From Calditrichia bacterium (GTDB lineage Bacteria; Calditrichota; Calditrichia; JAJRVZ01), in the NCBI GenBank assembly GCA_030634505.1, contig DAOWAQ010000001.1:1-25074 (forward strand): a stretch of DNA of 25,074 nucleotides. The letters are read 5' to 3'. Under the pieces are notes generated by a model. The model ran no database searches and was not told where the DNA came from. It was given only the letters and a program-made list of their open reading frames with translations. Shown piece by piece: positions 7,747 to 16,044 of this stretch. Made by a program: the position numbers and the translations under genes. Every line of letters begins with the position of its first letter. Within the stretch, counting starts at the first letter, position 1.

Positions 7747-9726
7747 ATGGCAATACCTACCTATCTTGATGATGGTGGGATAGGAACTGGGACGGATACT
7801 TCCGTAGCTGTACCATATCCTTCAACTGTTAATGCAGATGATATTCTCATTGTTCATGTTATGGATGCAGATGATGATTCGTTCGATACACCTTCTGGCT
7901 GGGTTAAAGCCGGGGAAAATACAGATCTTCCAAATCTTTCTAATGCATGGTACTGGAAAAGGGCAGTAGGAACTGAATCTGGAACAGAAACATTTACGTC
8001 TACAAAAACAGCAGGTTCATTGGTTGCTGGTATTATGTATCGTTTTTCTGGATGTATAACTATCGGAACACCTTACGAGATAGAGCAGACAGGAGTCGTA
8101 ACACAAGCTACATTTAGAACAGTTTCGGGTAGTACTTTAACCGATGACTCCTTATTTTGTGTAATTTTTGTAATAGAAGATAATATCGCCGCAACTTTAT
8201 CAGGAACGGGATTTGTCGAAAGATCCAATAAGACAACAGCAGTAGGTTCTGATGCTGCATTCACATGTGCGAGTAAGGATATGGCCACGGCAGGAGCTAC
8301 AGGGGTAGCGCAGTACTCATGGGGGTCGAATGAGTATAATTCTGTGGTTAGATTTGCTTTGTTGCCTGTAGAGGATGGCAACATTGAAGTATTACCACAG
8401 GTAGGAGCTCTGATTATTACGGGAATAGCTCCCACAGTAATTGCAAGTGACCATAAAGAAATTACCCCAGGAGTAGGAGTTGTTAGTTTAATTGGATTTG
8501 AGCCTGTGGTTTTTGCATCAGATAATCAAAATGTAAATCCATTAACCGGAATTATCACAATCGCCGGGTTTGAACCAACTGTTGCAGTTACGGATAATAA
8601 AAATGTATTTCCCGATGTTGGTATTATTTCACTAGTCGGATTTGAACCAATAGTTACTGTTACCAATAACAAAAACATACTTCCTTCACTTGGAGAAATC
8701 ACTATAACAGGCTTCGAACCTACGGTTTTTGCGAGTGATAATATAAATATATCTGCATTCACAGGTGAAATTACAATCGCAGGTTTCGAGCCCGTAATAA
8801 CCATAAGCGATAACAAAGAGGTATTTCCAGATGTCGGTTCTGTTCTATTAACGGGTTTCGAGCCCGTAGTAATTGCAACAATTAATGTGAATGTGACACC
8901 TGATGTTGGTGTTATATCAATCGCAGGATTCGAACCTATTGTAATTGCAAGCGATCATAAGAACATAACCCCATTAACGGGTGAAATAACAATTATAGGT
9001 TATGAGCCTATTGTTTCTATAGGCGCGAACAAAGAAGTATTCCCCGATGTTGGAAGTATTTCGTTAACAGGATTTATTCCTACGGTTGTCGTAACAGACA
9101 ATAAAAATATAACTCCCGATGTTGGAGTTATTACCATAACAGGCTTCGAGCCCGTAGTTTTCGCGACAAATACAAAAGAAGTATTTCCACAACCGGGCGA
9201 TTTATCTATAGTGGGAATAGAGCCAATTGTATTTGCTTCGGACAATAAAGAAGTTCAACCAGGCATCGGAATAGTAGTAATAGAAGGTTTTGCATCAATT
9301 GTTTTTGCAAGTGATAATAAAAATATACTTGCATCCACAGGAGATATTATCATAACAGGCCTTGAACCAACCGTTAGTGTGCCGACAGGCATAGATATTA
9401 CACCATTAACGGGTGAACTAAATATCACAGGATTTGAACCCAATGTTCTCACTCCAGTAAATATTAACGCTGATGTAGGGGTAATTATCGTAACAGGCTT
9501 TGAACCAATCATCAGTATAGGTATAAATATTACACCATCGACAGGTATATTAACCACCAACGGATTAAAACCAACAGTAGCAATAGCTGGAATTCCAATA
9601 ATAGAAAGACCACCTATAAGATTAATAGATATTCCTCCGCAGACAAATAGATTGGCTAAAATAAATGATGTAGGAGGTAGATTTAAACAAATAGGGCCGA
9701 TTGAAAAAAGATTAAATAAATTATAA
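7747..9726 (+). CDS. Putative virion fibre/appendage protein with about 17 repeats of 24 aa
   Basis: N-terminal beta-rich domain (VAVPYPSTVNADDILIVHV), repeats P.vG.i.itGFEP.V.asdnk.i., basic C-terminal tail. Confidence 0.65.
   Translation: MAIPTYLDDGGIGTGTDTSVAVPYPSTVNADDILIVHVMDADDDSFDTPSGWVKAGENTDLPNLSNAWYWKRAVGTESGTETFTSTKTAGSLVAGIMYRFSGCITIGTPYEIEQTGVVTQATFRTVSGSTLTDDSLFCVIFVIEDNIAATLSGTGFVERSNKTTAVGSDAAFTCASKDMATAGATGVAQYSWGSNEYNSVVRFALLPVEDGNIEVLPQVGALIITGIAPTVIASDHKEITPGVGVVSLIGFEPVVFASDNQNVNPLTGIITIAGFEPTVAVTDNKNVFPDVGIISLVGFEPIVTVTNNKNILPSLGEITITGFEPTVFASDNINISAFTGEITIAGFEPVITISDNKEVFPDVGSVLLTGFEPVVIATINVNVTPDVGVISIAGFEPIVIASDHKNITPLTGEITIIGYEPIVSIGANKEVFPDVGSISLTGFIPTVVVTDNKNITPDVGVITITGFEPVVFATNTKEVFPQPGDLSIVGIEPIVFASDNKEVQPGIGIVVIEGFASIVFASDNKNILASTGDIIITGLEPTVSVPTGIDITPLTGELNITGFEPNVLTPVNINADVGVIIVTGFEPIISIGINITPSTGILTTNGLKPTVAIAGIPIIERPPIRLIDIPPQTNRLAKINDVGGRFKQIGPIEKRLNKL
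8395..9591 (+). repeat. About 17 diverged 72-bp coding repeats with a 3-unit higher-order period
   Basis: Counted in the translation: 14 units of 24 aa, two of 22 aa and one partial. Confidence 0.9.
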
Positions 9727-9848
9727 CGGAAATAATAAACACAGTAGCGATATGAAAAAGAAAATATATGATATAGTATTTGCAGCCCAATACGAAGGAC
9801 TTAGCACCAAAGAAGCAACCAATAAGCTATTGGGTTTATTTGGTGTTA
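9724..9848. mobile_element. attC-like imperfect palindrome (TAAC ... GTTA)
   Basis: TAAC 9724-9727 (contains the fibre-gene stop); arms AATAAACACAGTAGC 9734-9748 and GCTATTGGGTTTATT 9826-9840 (13/15 complementary plus one G.T); GTTA 9845-9848. Confidence 0.6.
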
Positions 9849-10003
9849 GCGAGCGTTATTCTAAAGATGATATACGGAAGTATGGTGATGATTGGAAGAT
9901 AACAACTTGGGATGAAGGGCAGCAGAGACGTAGGATAATGGCAGAAGGGTATAAAACAAGAGATGAAGCAGAGCACGACAGGGAGATATTTAATGCTCGC
10001 TAA
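9752..10003 (+). CDS. Hypothetical protein starting inside the attC-like hairpin and ending in a second TAAC
   Basis: 83-aa ORF; LFGVS is encoded across GTTAGC; the stop TAA 10001-10003 is part of GCTAAC. Confidence 0.65.
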   Translation: MKKKIYDIVFAAQYEGLSTKEATNKLLGLFGVSERYSKDDIRKYGDDWKITTWDEGQQRRRIMAEGYKTRDEAEHDREIFNAR

Positions 10004-10025
10004 CGGTTGGGATATAGCAATGTAA

Positions 10026-10077
10026 TTGTTAAAATATTATTGCTCTTTTTATTGTTTTTTACGCAAAAAATTTGTTT
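10026..10077 (+). promoter_or_regulatory. 52-bp element, copy 2, upstream of the terminase operon
   Basis: 44/52 identical to 7162-7213; includes the 3' arm of a hairpin (AGCAAT 10016-10021 / ATTGCT 10039-10044) followed by T runs. Confidence 0.55.
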
Positions 10078-10100
10078 TTTTATTAAAATTTATTATTGAA

Positions 10101-10286
10101 ATGATCAGAAATGAAGTAATACCGGGAAGATTTATCGAATTCAAATGCAGAAATGCAGGTATTATTATGGATGAATTTAATAGACTACTCGATCCTGATA
10201 AATGTAATTTAGGGGCTAATAAGGCCCTCATTAGGGGCTCATATTTAAATATAATATGGCTCATATTTAGACGAAGCGCAAATTAA
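10101..10286 (+). CDS. Possible 61-aa hypothetical protein upstream of terS
   Basis: ATG 10101 preferred over TTG 10026; stop lies 1 nt before the terS start; no recognisable motif. Confidence 0.35.
   Translation: MIRNEVIPGRFIEFKCRNAGIIMDEFNRLLDPDKCNLGANKALIRGSYLNIIWLIFRRSAN
10209..10269. repeat. Three GGCT[AC]ATA cores phased at 22 bp
   Basis: Cores start at 10214, 10236 and 10258; TTAGGGGCT is shared by units 1-2 and GGCTCATATTTA by units 2-3. Confidence 0.7.
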
Positions 10287-10287
10287 A

Positions 10288-10788
10288 ATGGAACAATCCG
10301 ACGAAAATAAAAGCAAAGTAGGCGCACCAGATGGAAATACCAATGCCGAGAAATGGACGTTTGAAAAATCAAAGGAACTTCTCGAAAAGGCATTAGAGCT
10401 ATCTGACCGCAAATATGCATACAAAAAAGTCGGCAAGAAAAAGATATGGGGATATGAGTTTGATTTCATTGGCGAAATAGCATGTGAATTGGGTACATAT
10501 CATCAAAACATAACCAGGCACATCCCTTCAAGACACAAAGAATTACAAGTGCTTGTTAATCAATTGATTGCAAAAATGGAACGCAATTGTTATGCAAACA
10601 CAAAAAGAGGACTGATTAAAGAAGGCACTGGTATAGTGAACCTCAAATCCAACCACCATTGGACAGACCGACACGATCACAACGTTAAATCAAGGAACTT
10701 GAATGCCGATGTACCATTAAGCCCAGAGGAGAAAAAGGAGGCATTGAAAGAAATACAAAAAGGATTAGATGAACTTAAAGACTACTGA
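10288..10788 (+). CDS. terS: Terminase small subunit
   Basis: GAPDGNTNA N-terminal motif, IVNLKSNHHWTD, and position overlapping terL. Confidence 0.8.
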   Translation: MEQSDENKSKVGAPDGNTNAEKWTFEKSKELLEKALELSDRKYAYKKVGKKKIWGYEFDFIGEIACELGTYHQNITRHIPSRHKELQVLVNQLIAKMERNCYANTKRGLIKEGTGIVNLKSNHHWTDRHDHNVKSRNLNADVPLSPEEKKEALKEIQKGLDELKDY

Positions 10789-12238
10789 TGACATATTAAA
10801 GGCGAAGGAAACCATCCGACAAGCAAGGATAGATGCCGGGCGTAATCATACGCTTGGTTTTATTCGTTATAATATGCCGTCCTTCCAAGGCACTCCATTT
10901 CATATAACATACTATACAATATTAACCCTATTCGTGAAAGGTAAGATTAAAAAGCTAATGTTCTCTATGCCGCCTCAACACGGTAAATCAACAGGGAGTT
11001 CAATTGCCGTACCAGCGGATATGATAGGTGCTAATCCTGACTTGCACATAGCTATTGTATGTTACAGTGCAACCAAGGCAAGAAAGTTTGGTCGTAAGGT
11101 TAAACAATTAATGAACGAACCATTATACACAGACATCTACGATTCTAAGTTGGGTACTCGCAAGGATGGGGATTATATCAACACTGCTGAAGAAATGGAA
11201 ATAGTGGGATATGATGGTAATTTGAAAATGGTTGGTTATGAGGGTGGGTTGACAGGTGATCCCGTGGACGTTCTTATTATGGATGATTTATACAAAGACT
11301 GGAAGGCAGCCAATAGTCCTATAGTTAGAGAGAACGTTTGGGATTGGTATGTTGCTGTAGCCGACACACGTTTACACAATGACTCACAGCAATTGATTGA
11401 TTTTACCAGGTGGCACGAAGATGATTTAATCGGAAGAATAGAAAAACTCGAAGAGGTTGTTACTGTAAACACATGGGAAGAGCTCGAAGATGCAATGGGG
11501 CGCGATGTATGGATTAAATTGAATTTCGAAGCAATTAAAACAACTGCACCAACAGAACTCGATCCAAGAGAAATAGATGAAGCATTGTGGCCCGAAAGAC
11601 ATTCTTACAAAAAGCTAATGAAATCCAAAGCCAAAGACCCGGTTAAATTTGACTGCTTATATCAGGGTAACCCCATAAACAAAAAAGGGCGCTTATACTC
11701 CAAGTTCAAAACATACACCGAAAAGCCAAATATTATAATGCGTAAGTCTTATTGTGATGTTGCTGATACAGGAACGGACAATTTATTGAACATCGTTTAT
11801 GATATAGACACAGATGGTTATTGTTACGTTGAGGACGTGTATTATACACCAGAACCCGCCGAAGTAACTCAACCTGGTATGATAACCCATCTGAACAATA
11901 ACGGGGTTAAATTGGCCGATATTGAAAGCAATAATGGGGGTCGTATATTTGCAATGAATGTCAAGCAAGGAGTAAAGGCCGGGGTGACAGTATTTTGGTT
12001 TTATCAAGGAGACAACAAAGAATCTCGCTGCATATCAAGCGCAGCAGATGTAATGGAATATGTATTATTCCCCGATAATTGGTTTGCCCGATGGCCCGAT
12101 TTTTATACTGATGTTACAAATTTTAGCAGAGTATTCAAATCTAATGTTCATGATGATGTGGCAGATGTATTAACAGGGATAACAGAACGAAGATTTATGT
12201 ATGTACCAGAAAATGAATCGGCATTTATAGGGAGATAA
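10769..12238 (+). CDS. terL: Terminase large subunit
   Basis: Walker A MPPQHGKST, Walker B LIMDDLYKD, FTRWHEDDLIG, nuclease motifs CDVADTGTD and HDDVADVLTG. Confidence 0.95.
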   Translation: MNLKTTDDILKAKETIRQARIDAGRNHTLGFIRYNMPSFQGTPFHITYYTILTLFVKGKIKKLMFSMPPQHGKSTGSSIAVPADMIGANPDLHIAIVCYSATKARKFGRKVKQLMNEPLYTDIYDSKLGTRKDGDYINTAEEMEIVGYDGNLKMVGYEGGLTGDPVDVLIMDDLYKDWKAANSPIVRENVWDWYVAVADTRLHNDSQQLIDFTRWHEDDLIGRIEKLEEVVTVNTWEELEDAMGRDVWIKLNFEAIKTTAPTELDPREIDEALWPERHSYKKLMKSKAKDPVKFDCLYQGNPINKKGRLYSKFKTYTEKPNIIMRKSYCDVADTGTDNLLNIVYDIDTDGYCYVEDVYYTPEPAEVTQPGMITHLNNNGVKLADIESNNGGRIFAMNVKQGVKAGVTVFWFYQGDNKESRCISSAADVMEYVLFPDNWFARWPDFYTDVTNFSRVFKSNVHDDVADVLTGITERRFMYVPENESAFIGR

Positions 12239-12242
12239 TATA

Positions 12243-13595
12243 ATGGGAGCAAAACAAATAATAGGAACATGGTTATTCAAGCGATTAGGATTGACAGTTG
12301 ATCCTAAATATGTCGAATCTGTATTTCGATCATTGCTTCGTTCGGGTACAATGCACGAAATACAAGATGAGGCGGATGCGTATGTAGAGGAAGGGTATCG
12401 AGGCAATCCAGACATTTATAGCATTGTAAGGCGATATATTAACATGTCACGACAGGCCGAACTTAAACTTGGTAAAACCGACGAAGAGGGGAATATTGAA
12501 GTAGTAACCGATCATGAGCTGGTCAAATTCATTGAGGATGCAAATCCTAGAATGTCACAAATGGAATTGAAAGAAGCTTATGATATTTACATGCTTGTTA
12601 CCGGGAATTCTTTCTGGTATAAACCAGTATTAGAGGAAGGTGTTAATGCTGGCAAGACAATCGAGATGTATTTACTACCATCCAACGACCTTGAAATTAT
12701 ACAGGGATTTGATCCAATTACTGCTCCGGTCAAGGCATATAAACTGGTTAGTTCTAATGTGCTGTATGACCCCAAAGAGGTATATCATGACAAATACTTC
12801 AATCCTAATTTTTACAAGAATTCAACATTATTTGGACAATCACCAATCCGGGCGGCTGCAAATATTGTTGCAAAACAAAATGAAGCATTCAGCACAGAAA
12901 TCAGGCAATTCGAGAATCAAGGCCCACCATATTTCATTCACAGAGATAGTGATGATAATTGGAATACGTTAAGCGAACCTCAAAAAATAGAAATTGAAAA
13001 GGAGATTACCGATATATCTAAAAAGCAAAGACAGGGCGGGGGAATGGTTTTGAAAGACAAATTCAATATTATTAAACTTGGATTATCACCCGCTGATTTA
13101 AATATCATAGAATCTACACAGGACGGCAGGAGAATACTTTGTAATGTGTATCAATTCCCTGTAGCATTGTTTAACGATCCAGAAGGGTCAACCTATAACA
13201 ATGTAACAACAGCGAGGAAATCTGCATGGACTGATGCCCTGATTCCCCATAACAATCGATATGCAAATTCACTAACACGTTTTCTCATTAAGCCAGTGGA
13301 AGAATACCGTAAGCAAAGATTGTTTTATTATATGGATTATTCCAAGGTGGAAGAATTACAAAGCGGATTGAAGGATAAAGTAGATTGGATGACACGGGCT
13401 CACTGGTCGGCGAATCAAATATTACAGGCTACTGGCAAAAACAGAATTGATGATCCAGTTATGGACGAACCAATATTTTCACGTACCGATGTGCTATTAA
13501 GTGAATTGGGGTTTGATTCGGATTTAAATAAAGATTTTGGTGATTACATGACATTAAAAGCAAAGGAGAAAAGTGATGGCAACAAGAAAAGTTAA
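12243..13595 (+). CDS. Portal protein, HK97 family
   Basis: Follows terL; LLVTGNSFW-like, FGQSPIRAA, ILCNVYQFPVALF and STYNN motifs. Confidence 0.92.
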   Translation: MGAKQIIGTWLFKRLGLTVDPKYVESVFRSLLRSGTMHEIQDEADAYVEEGYRGNPDIYSIVRRYINMSRQAELKLGKTDEEGNIEVVTDHELVKFIEDANPRMSQMELKEAYDIYMLVTGNSFWYKPVLEEGVNAGKTIEMYLLPSNDLEIIQGFDPITAPVKAYKLVSSNVLYDPKEVYHDKYFNPNFYKNSTLFGQSPIRAAANIVAKQNEAFSTEIRQFENQGPPYFIHRDSDDNWNTLSEPQKIEIEKEITDISKKQRQGGGMVLKDKFNIIKLGLSPADLNIIESTQDGRRILCNVYQFPVALFNDPEGSTYNNVTTARKSAWTDALIPHNNRYANSLTRFLIKPVEEYRKQRLFYYMDYSKVEELQSGLKDKVDWMTRAHWSANQILQATGKNRIDDPVMDEPIFSRTDVLLSELGFDSDLNKDFGDYMTLKAKEKSDGNKKS

Positions 13596-13824
13596 AACAA
13601 TAAAAAGTGTTTCTTTATTTCAACCCAAAGATGATAAATCATATATAGAAGTATTGTTTGAAGAAGAAGAAACGGGGAAACTCGAAAGATGTACTGTTTA
13701 TGATTTATATGTAAATCCGGTTGAAATTGAAAATTCGGGTTGTATAATTCATTCTACCGATAGAAGTGGAAAATGTTTTATTTGTAAGGAACAAGTATTT
13801 ACTAAAGAATCGACAAAGAAATGA
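13573..13824 (+). CDS. Hypothetical protein (C/H...CxxC)
   Basis: Overlap-coupled ORF with CIIH...CFIC. Confidence 0.6.
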   Translation: MMATRKVKTIKSVSLFQPKDDKSYIEVLFEEEETGKLERCTVYDLYVNPVEIENSGCIIHSTDRSGKCFICKEQVFTKESTKK

Positions 13825-14195
13825 AACCATTAGGCAAAAGAATGAGATTTTTAAGATGGCTACGCAACGATGTATTCAAAGTAGCCGTAGGGACTGTTGC
13901 ACCGAAACCATTACAGATAATTTACAACATTTTGTTCCCGATATTATCTGCATACAACAAGCAAAATGATTTAAGATATGATGCTGAAAGGAATGTGTAT
14001 TTTGTAAATGAGATTGAATTTGACGGGGAGTTCTTTGAGATAATAAAAAATGCTGCAAACGATGGAGTTAAATTTCAATTATCATTTAGTGATGGCATTG
14101 TGAAAATAAGAAGAATAGATCAAGTGCAAGCTGTTGTGGATGGCAAAAGTTTATATAAATCAATAAACAAAAGAGGCAGGAATGGGGATAATTAA
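13821..14195 (+). CDS. Hypothetical protein
   Basis: ATGA-coupled 124-aa ORF. Confidence 0.65.
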   Translation: MKPLGKRMRFLRWLRNDVFKVAVGTVAPKPLQIIYNILFPILSAYNKQNDLRYDAERNVYFVNEIEFDGEFFEIIKNAANDGVKFQLSFSDGIVKIRRIDQVQAVVDGKSLYKSINKRGRNGDN

Positions 14196-14210
14196 AAGGA
14201 AGTAAAAGTC

Positions 14211-14417
14211 ATGAATATAATATTAGATCAATATGGAAATCCAATCAATGAATGGTACAATGAAATACCAGAAACATTTAATCACGATCTTACATATTTA
14301 GATATTGATTCCAGAGAAGCATGTGATTGCATAAAATGCACTGATTTAAAAAAGAGAAGAGATTCAATCTATAAAAATAAATGGTATTATAAAATATTCA
14401 AATCATGGGGATTCTAA
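14211..14417 (+). CDS. Hypothetical protein
   Basis: 68-aa ORF with CDCIKC and an A-rich initiation region. Confidence 0.55.
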   Translation: MNIILDQYGNPINEWYNEIPETFNHDLTYLDIDSREACDCIKCTDLKKRRDSIYKNKWYYKIFKSWGF

Positions 14418-14716
14418 AACGAATAGGATTAGTGATATTTTATGCAATAAGTTGCGTGATATTGATTTTGGCAACGATAATCAAACCATTGTATGGAGCT
14501 GTGTATTTGTTGTACATGGCAGAACGTATTGGGAAGTATTTTGGTGAGAATAAAAACGATCCCAACAAAAAGGAATTATTCAAATGTCCTGAATGTGGGG
14601 AAAGCATAAGTTTGGAAAAATTGGCAAATTACAAAGGTTGTCCCAGTTGTGGAAATTTATTTAAGAATGCAAAAGTAAAACCTACTAATGGGAGCAAGAC
14701 AAAGAAGGCGGTTTGA
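14405..14716 (+). CDS. Membrane protein with C-terminal Zn ribbon
   Basis: N-terminal hydrophobic helix; CPEC...CPSC. Confidence 0.7.
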   Translation: MGILKRIGLVIFYAISCVILILATIIKPLYGAVYLLYMAERIGKYFGENKNDPNKKELFKCPECGESISLEKLANYKGCPSCGNLFKNAKVKPTNGSKTKKAV

Positions 14717-15476
14717 ACGTCAAATAATTAGACTTCGAAATCGTATAAACAAAAAAGGACAACAGATGGCATTTAATGCTATCAAAAAACAATATAAAAC
14801 GGTCTTTGACATGGTTGGGTTAATGTCTCCTGCAACATTGCTGGATAATGTTGAAATGTTTGTAAAGGAAGCACCTATAAGAAAGTTCATCGTTGATTAT
14901 TATGGCATGATGTCAGAAATAGCAATGTTATATCGAAATTATGCAATAAACACCAAAATCGATGATGCGGAATATTTTACAAATCGTTTCCTTGAAAAGA
15001 TGCGATCATACGCATTAGTAGAAGCCGGGGCAAATGTTGTAAGCATAACCGGGACATCCGAAACGTTTATCCGGGGAGCGATTGAAAGCGCAATGACCGA
15101 AGGTGTTGAACAGGGTTTTGGAATACCGAAAATAGGAAGACTGATTCGCAGAAATTTAAGCGAACAGTTAGGCGAAATCGGAGTAAGTAGGGCTAAGACA
15201 ATTGCACAGACTGAAATGACAATCAGTAGTAATTTGGCGGCCCAAGACGGGATACAATCAACCGGGTTTGATTATAGAAAGTTCTGGAGCAATTCCGGGC
15301 TCAAGGGAGTACGTGACAGCCACATGTTTGCACAAGATAATTATCCTAATGGTATTGCAAAAGAAGAGTTATTTGATATGGGAAATGGCAATGTAATGCG
15401 TTTTGTGGGCGATCCACAGGGGGCGGTCGCGGAGTTGGTTAATTGTAGATGTACAACATTGTATGAAGTTATTTGA
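14688..15476 (+). CDS. Minor head / head morphogenesis protein (SPP1 gp7 / Mu F-like)
   Basis: RAKTIAQTE, K.W...VRDSH, MRFVGDP and terminal VNCRCT. Confidence 0.9.
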   Translation: MGARQRRRFERQIIRLRNRINKKGQQMAFNAIKKQYKTVFDMVGLMSPATLLDNVEMFVKEAPIRKFIVDYYGMMSEIAMLYRNYAINTKIDDAEYFTNRFLEKMRSYALVEAGANVVSITGTSETFIRGAIESAMTEGVEQGFGIPKIGRLIRRNLSEQLGEIGVSRAKTIAQTEMTISSNLAAQDGIQSTGFDYRKFWSNSGLKGVRDSHMFAQDNYPNGIAKEELFDMGNGNVMRFVGDPQGAVAELVNCRCTTLYEVI

Positions 15477-15483
15477 AATAAAT

Positions 15484-15555
15484 AGTATTATAGCTCAGTG
15501 GTAGAGCAGTTCCCTGATACGGAAAAGGTCACAGGTTCAAATCCTGTTAATACTA
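15484..15555 (+). tRNA. tRNA-Ile (GAT), no encoded CCA
   Basis: Acceptor AGTATTA/TAATACT, D stem GCTC/GAGC, anticodon loop CTGATAC, T arm ACAGG-TTCAAAT-CCTGT. Confidence 0.9.
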
Positions 15556-15563
15556 CTAAATAT

Positions 15564-15636
15564 TGCTGGGTGGAGCAGTTGGCAGCTTAACAGGCTCATA
15601 ACCTGGAGGTCGCGGGTTCGAATCCCGCCCCGGCTA
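15564..15636 (+). tRNA. tRNA-Met (CAT), initiator-like, no encoded CCA
   Basis: Unpaired 1:72 (T:T), A11:U24, loop CTCATAA, T arm GCGGG-TTCGAAT-CCCGC; overall similar to bacterial tRNA-fMet. Confidence 0.88.
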
Positions 15637-15641
15637 CAAAG

Positions 15642-15848
15642 TTATTTGAAATTATGTAATATTTTATTGGCGATATTTAAATCGTCAGGCACGTATTCTG
15701 TAACAATATGGATGCTGGCGCTAATAGTCGATGAGTCAGATATTGATCTAAAATATACATCAATACTTGTCATTTCGAATTTATTTGGTTCTGATACGGT
15801 AGATACATTTACATAGTTTCTACTTATACTGTCTATTAAAATTTGCAT
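15642..15848 (-). CDS. 68-aa hypothetical protein on the antisense strand (moron-like)
   Basis: Lies in a non-coding gap of the + strand; A-rich context with A at -3; downstream of a consensus promoter; stop falls in the 14-bp repeat. Confidence 0.55.
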   Translation of the reverse strand: MQILIDSISRNYVNVSTVSEPNKFEMTSIDVYFRSISDSSTISASIHIVTEYVPDDLNIANKILHNFK

Positions 15849-15871
15849 AATACGTTCTTTTAATTATTGAA

Positions 15872-16042
15872 GTATGTTCATCCAGCAAACAGATTGAGAA
15901 GGAGTATTGACTTACTCACTCATTTAAATAATTGTTAACAACTTATTTAAAGTCTCAATCTGTCGGTGCGCAAAGAACGAATTGTTTTACCGCACTTTAT
16001 CCAGTTCTCCAATGGATGTCAACCCATTGCTTTATGGCATAC
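15872..16042 (-). ncRNA. Candidate structured RNA / 5' leader
   Basis: Several nested stems: GTATG/CATAC closing stem, 11-bp ACAGATTGAGA/TCTCAATCTGT, 9-bp TTTAAATAA/TTATTTAAA, GAGTA/TACTC, GTGCG/CGCAC and CAATGG/CCATTG. Confidence 0.55.
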
Positions 16043-16044
16043 AA

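Larger units (their letters stand above)
15466..15652. repeat. 14-bp direct repeat AAGTTATTTGAAAT flanking the tRNA pair
   Basis: Identical copies at 15466-15479 and 15639-15652. Confidence 0.85.

Noticed and set aside
10026-10100. TTG-started N-terminal extension of the ORF before terS
   Set aside because: It is the T-rich duplicated regulatory element, also present in non-coding context at 7162-7213.
15564-15652. attP/attB integration scar at the tRNA 3' end
   Set aside because: The repeated 14-mer lies outside the tRNA body, no tRNA 3' fragment is duplicated, and no integrase is present.
15556-15700. tRNA-associated HDV-like (theta) ribozyme after the tRNAs
   Set aside because: The 3' trailers are short or AT-rich and show no nested double-pseudoknot pattern.
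15872-16042. Hammerhead ribozyme or c-di-GMP riboswitch
   Set aside because: CUGGAUGA and GCAAA resemble core words, but the required spacing and partner motifs could not be placed.
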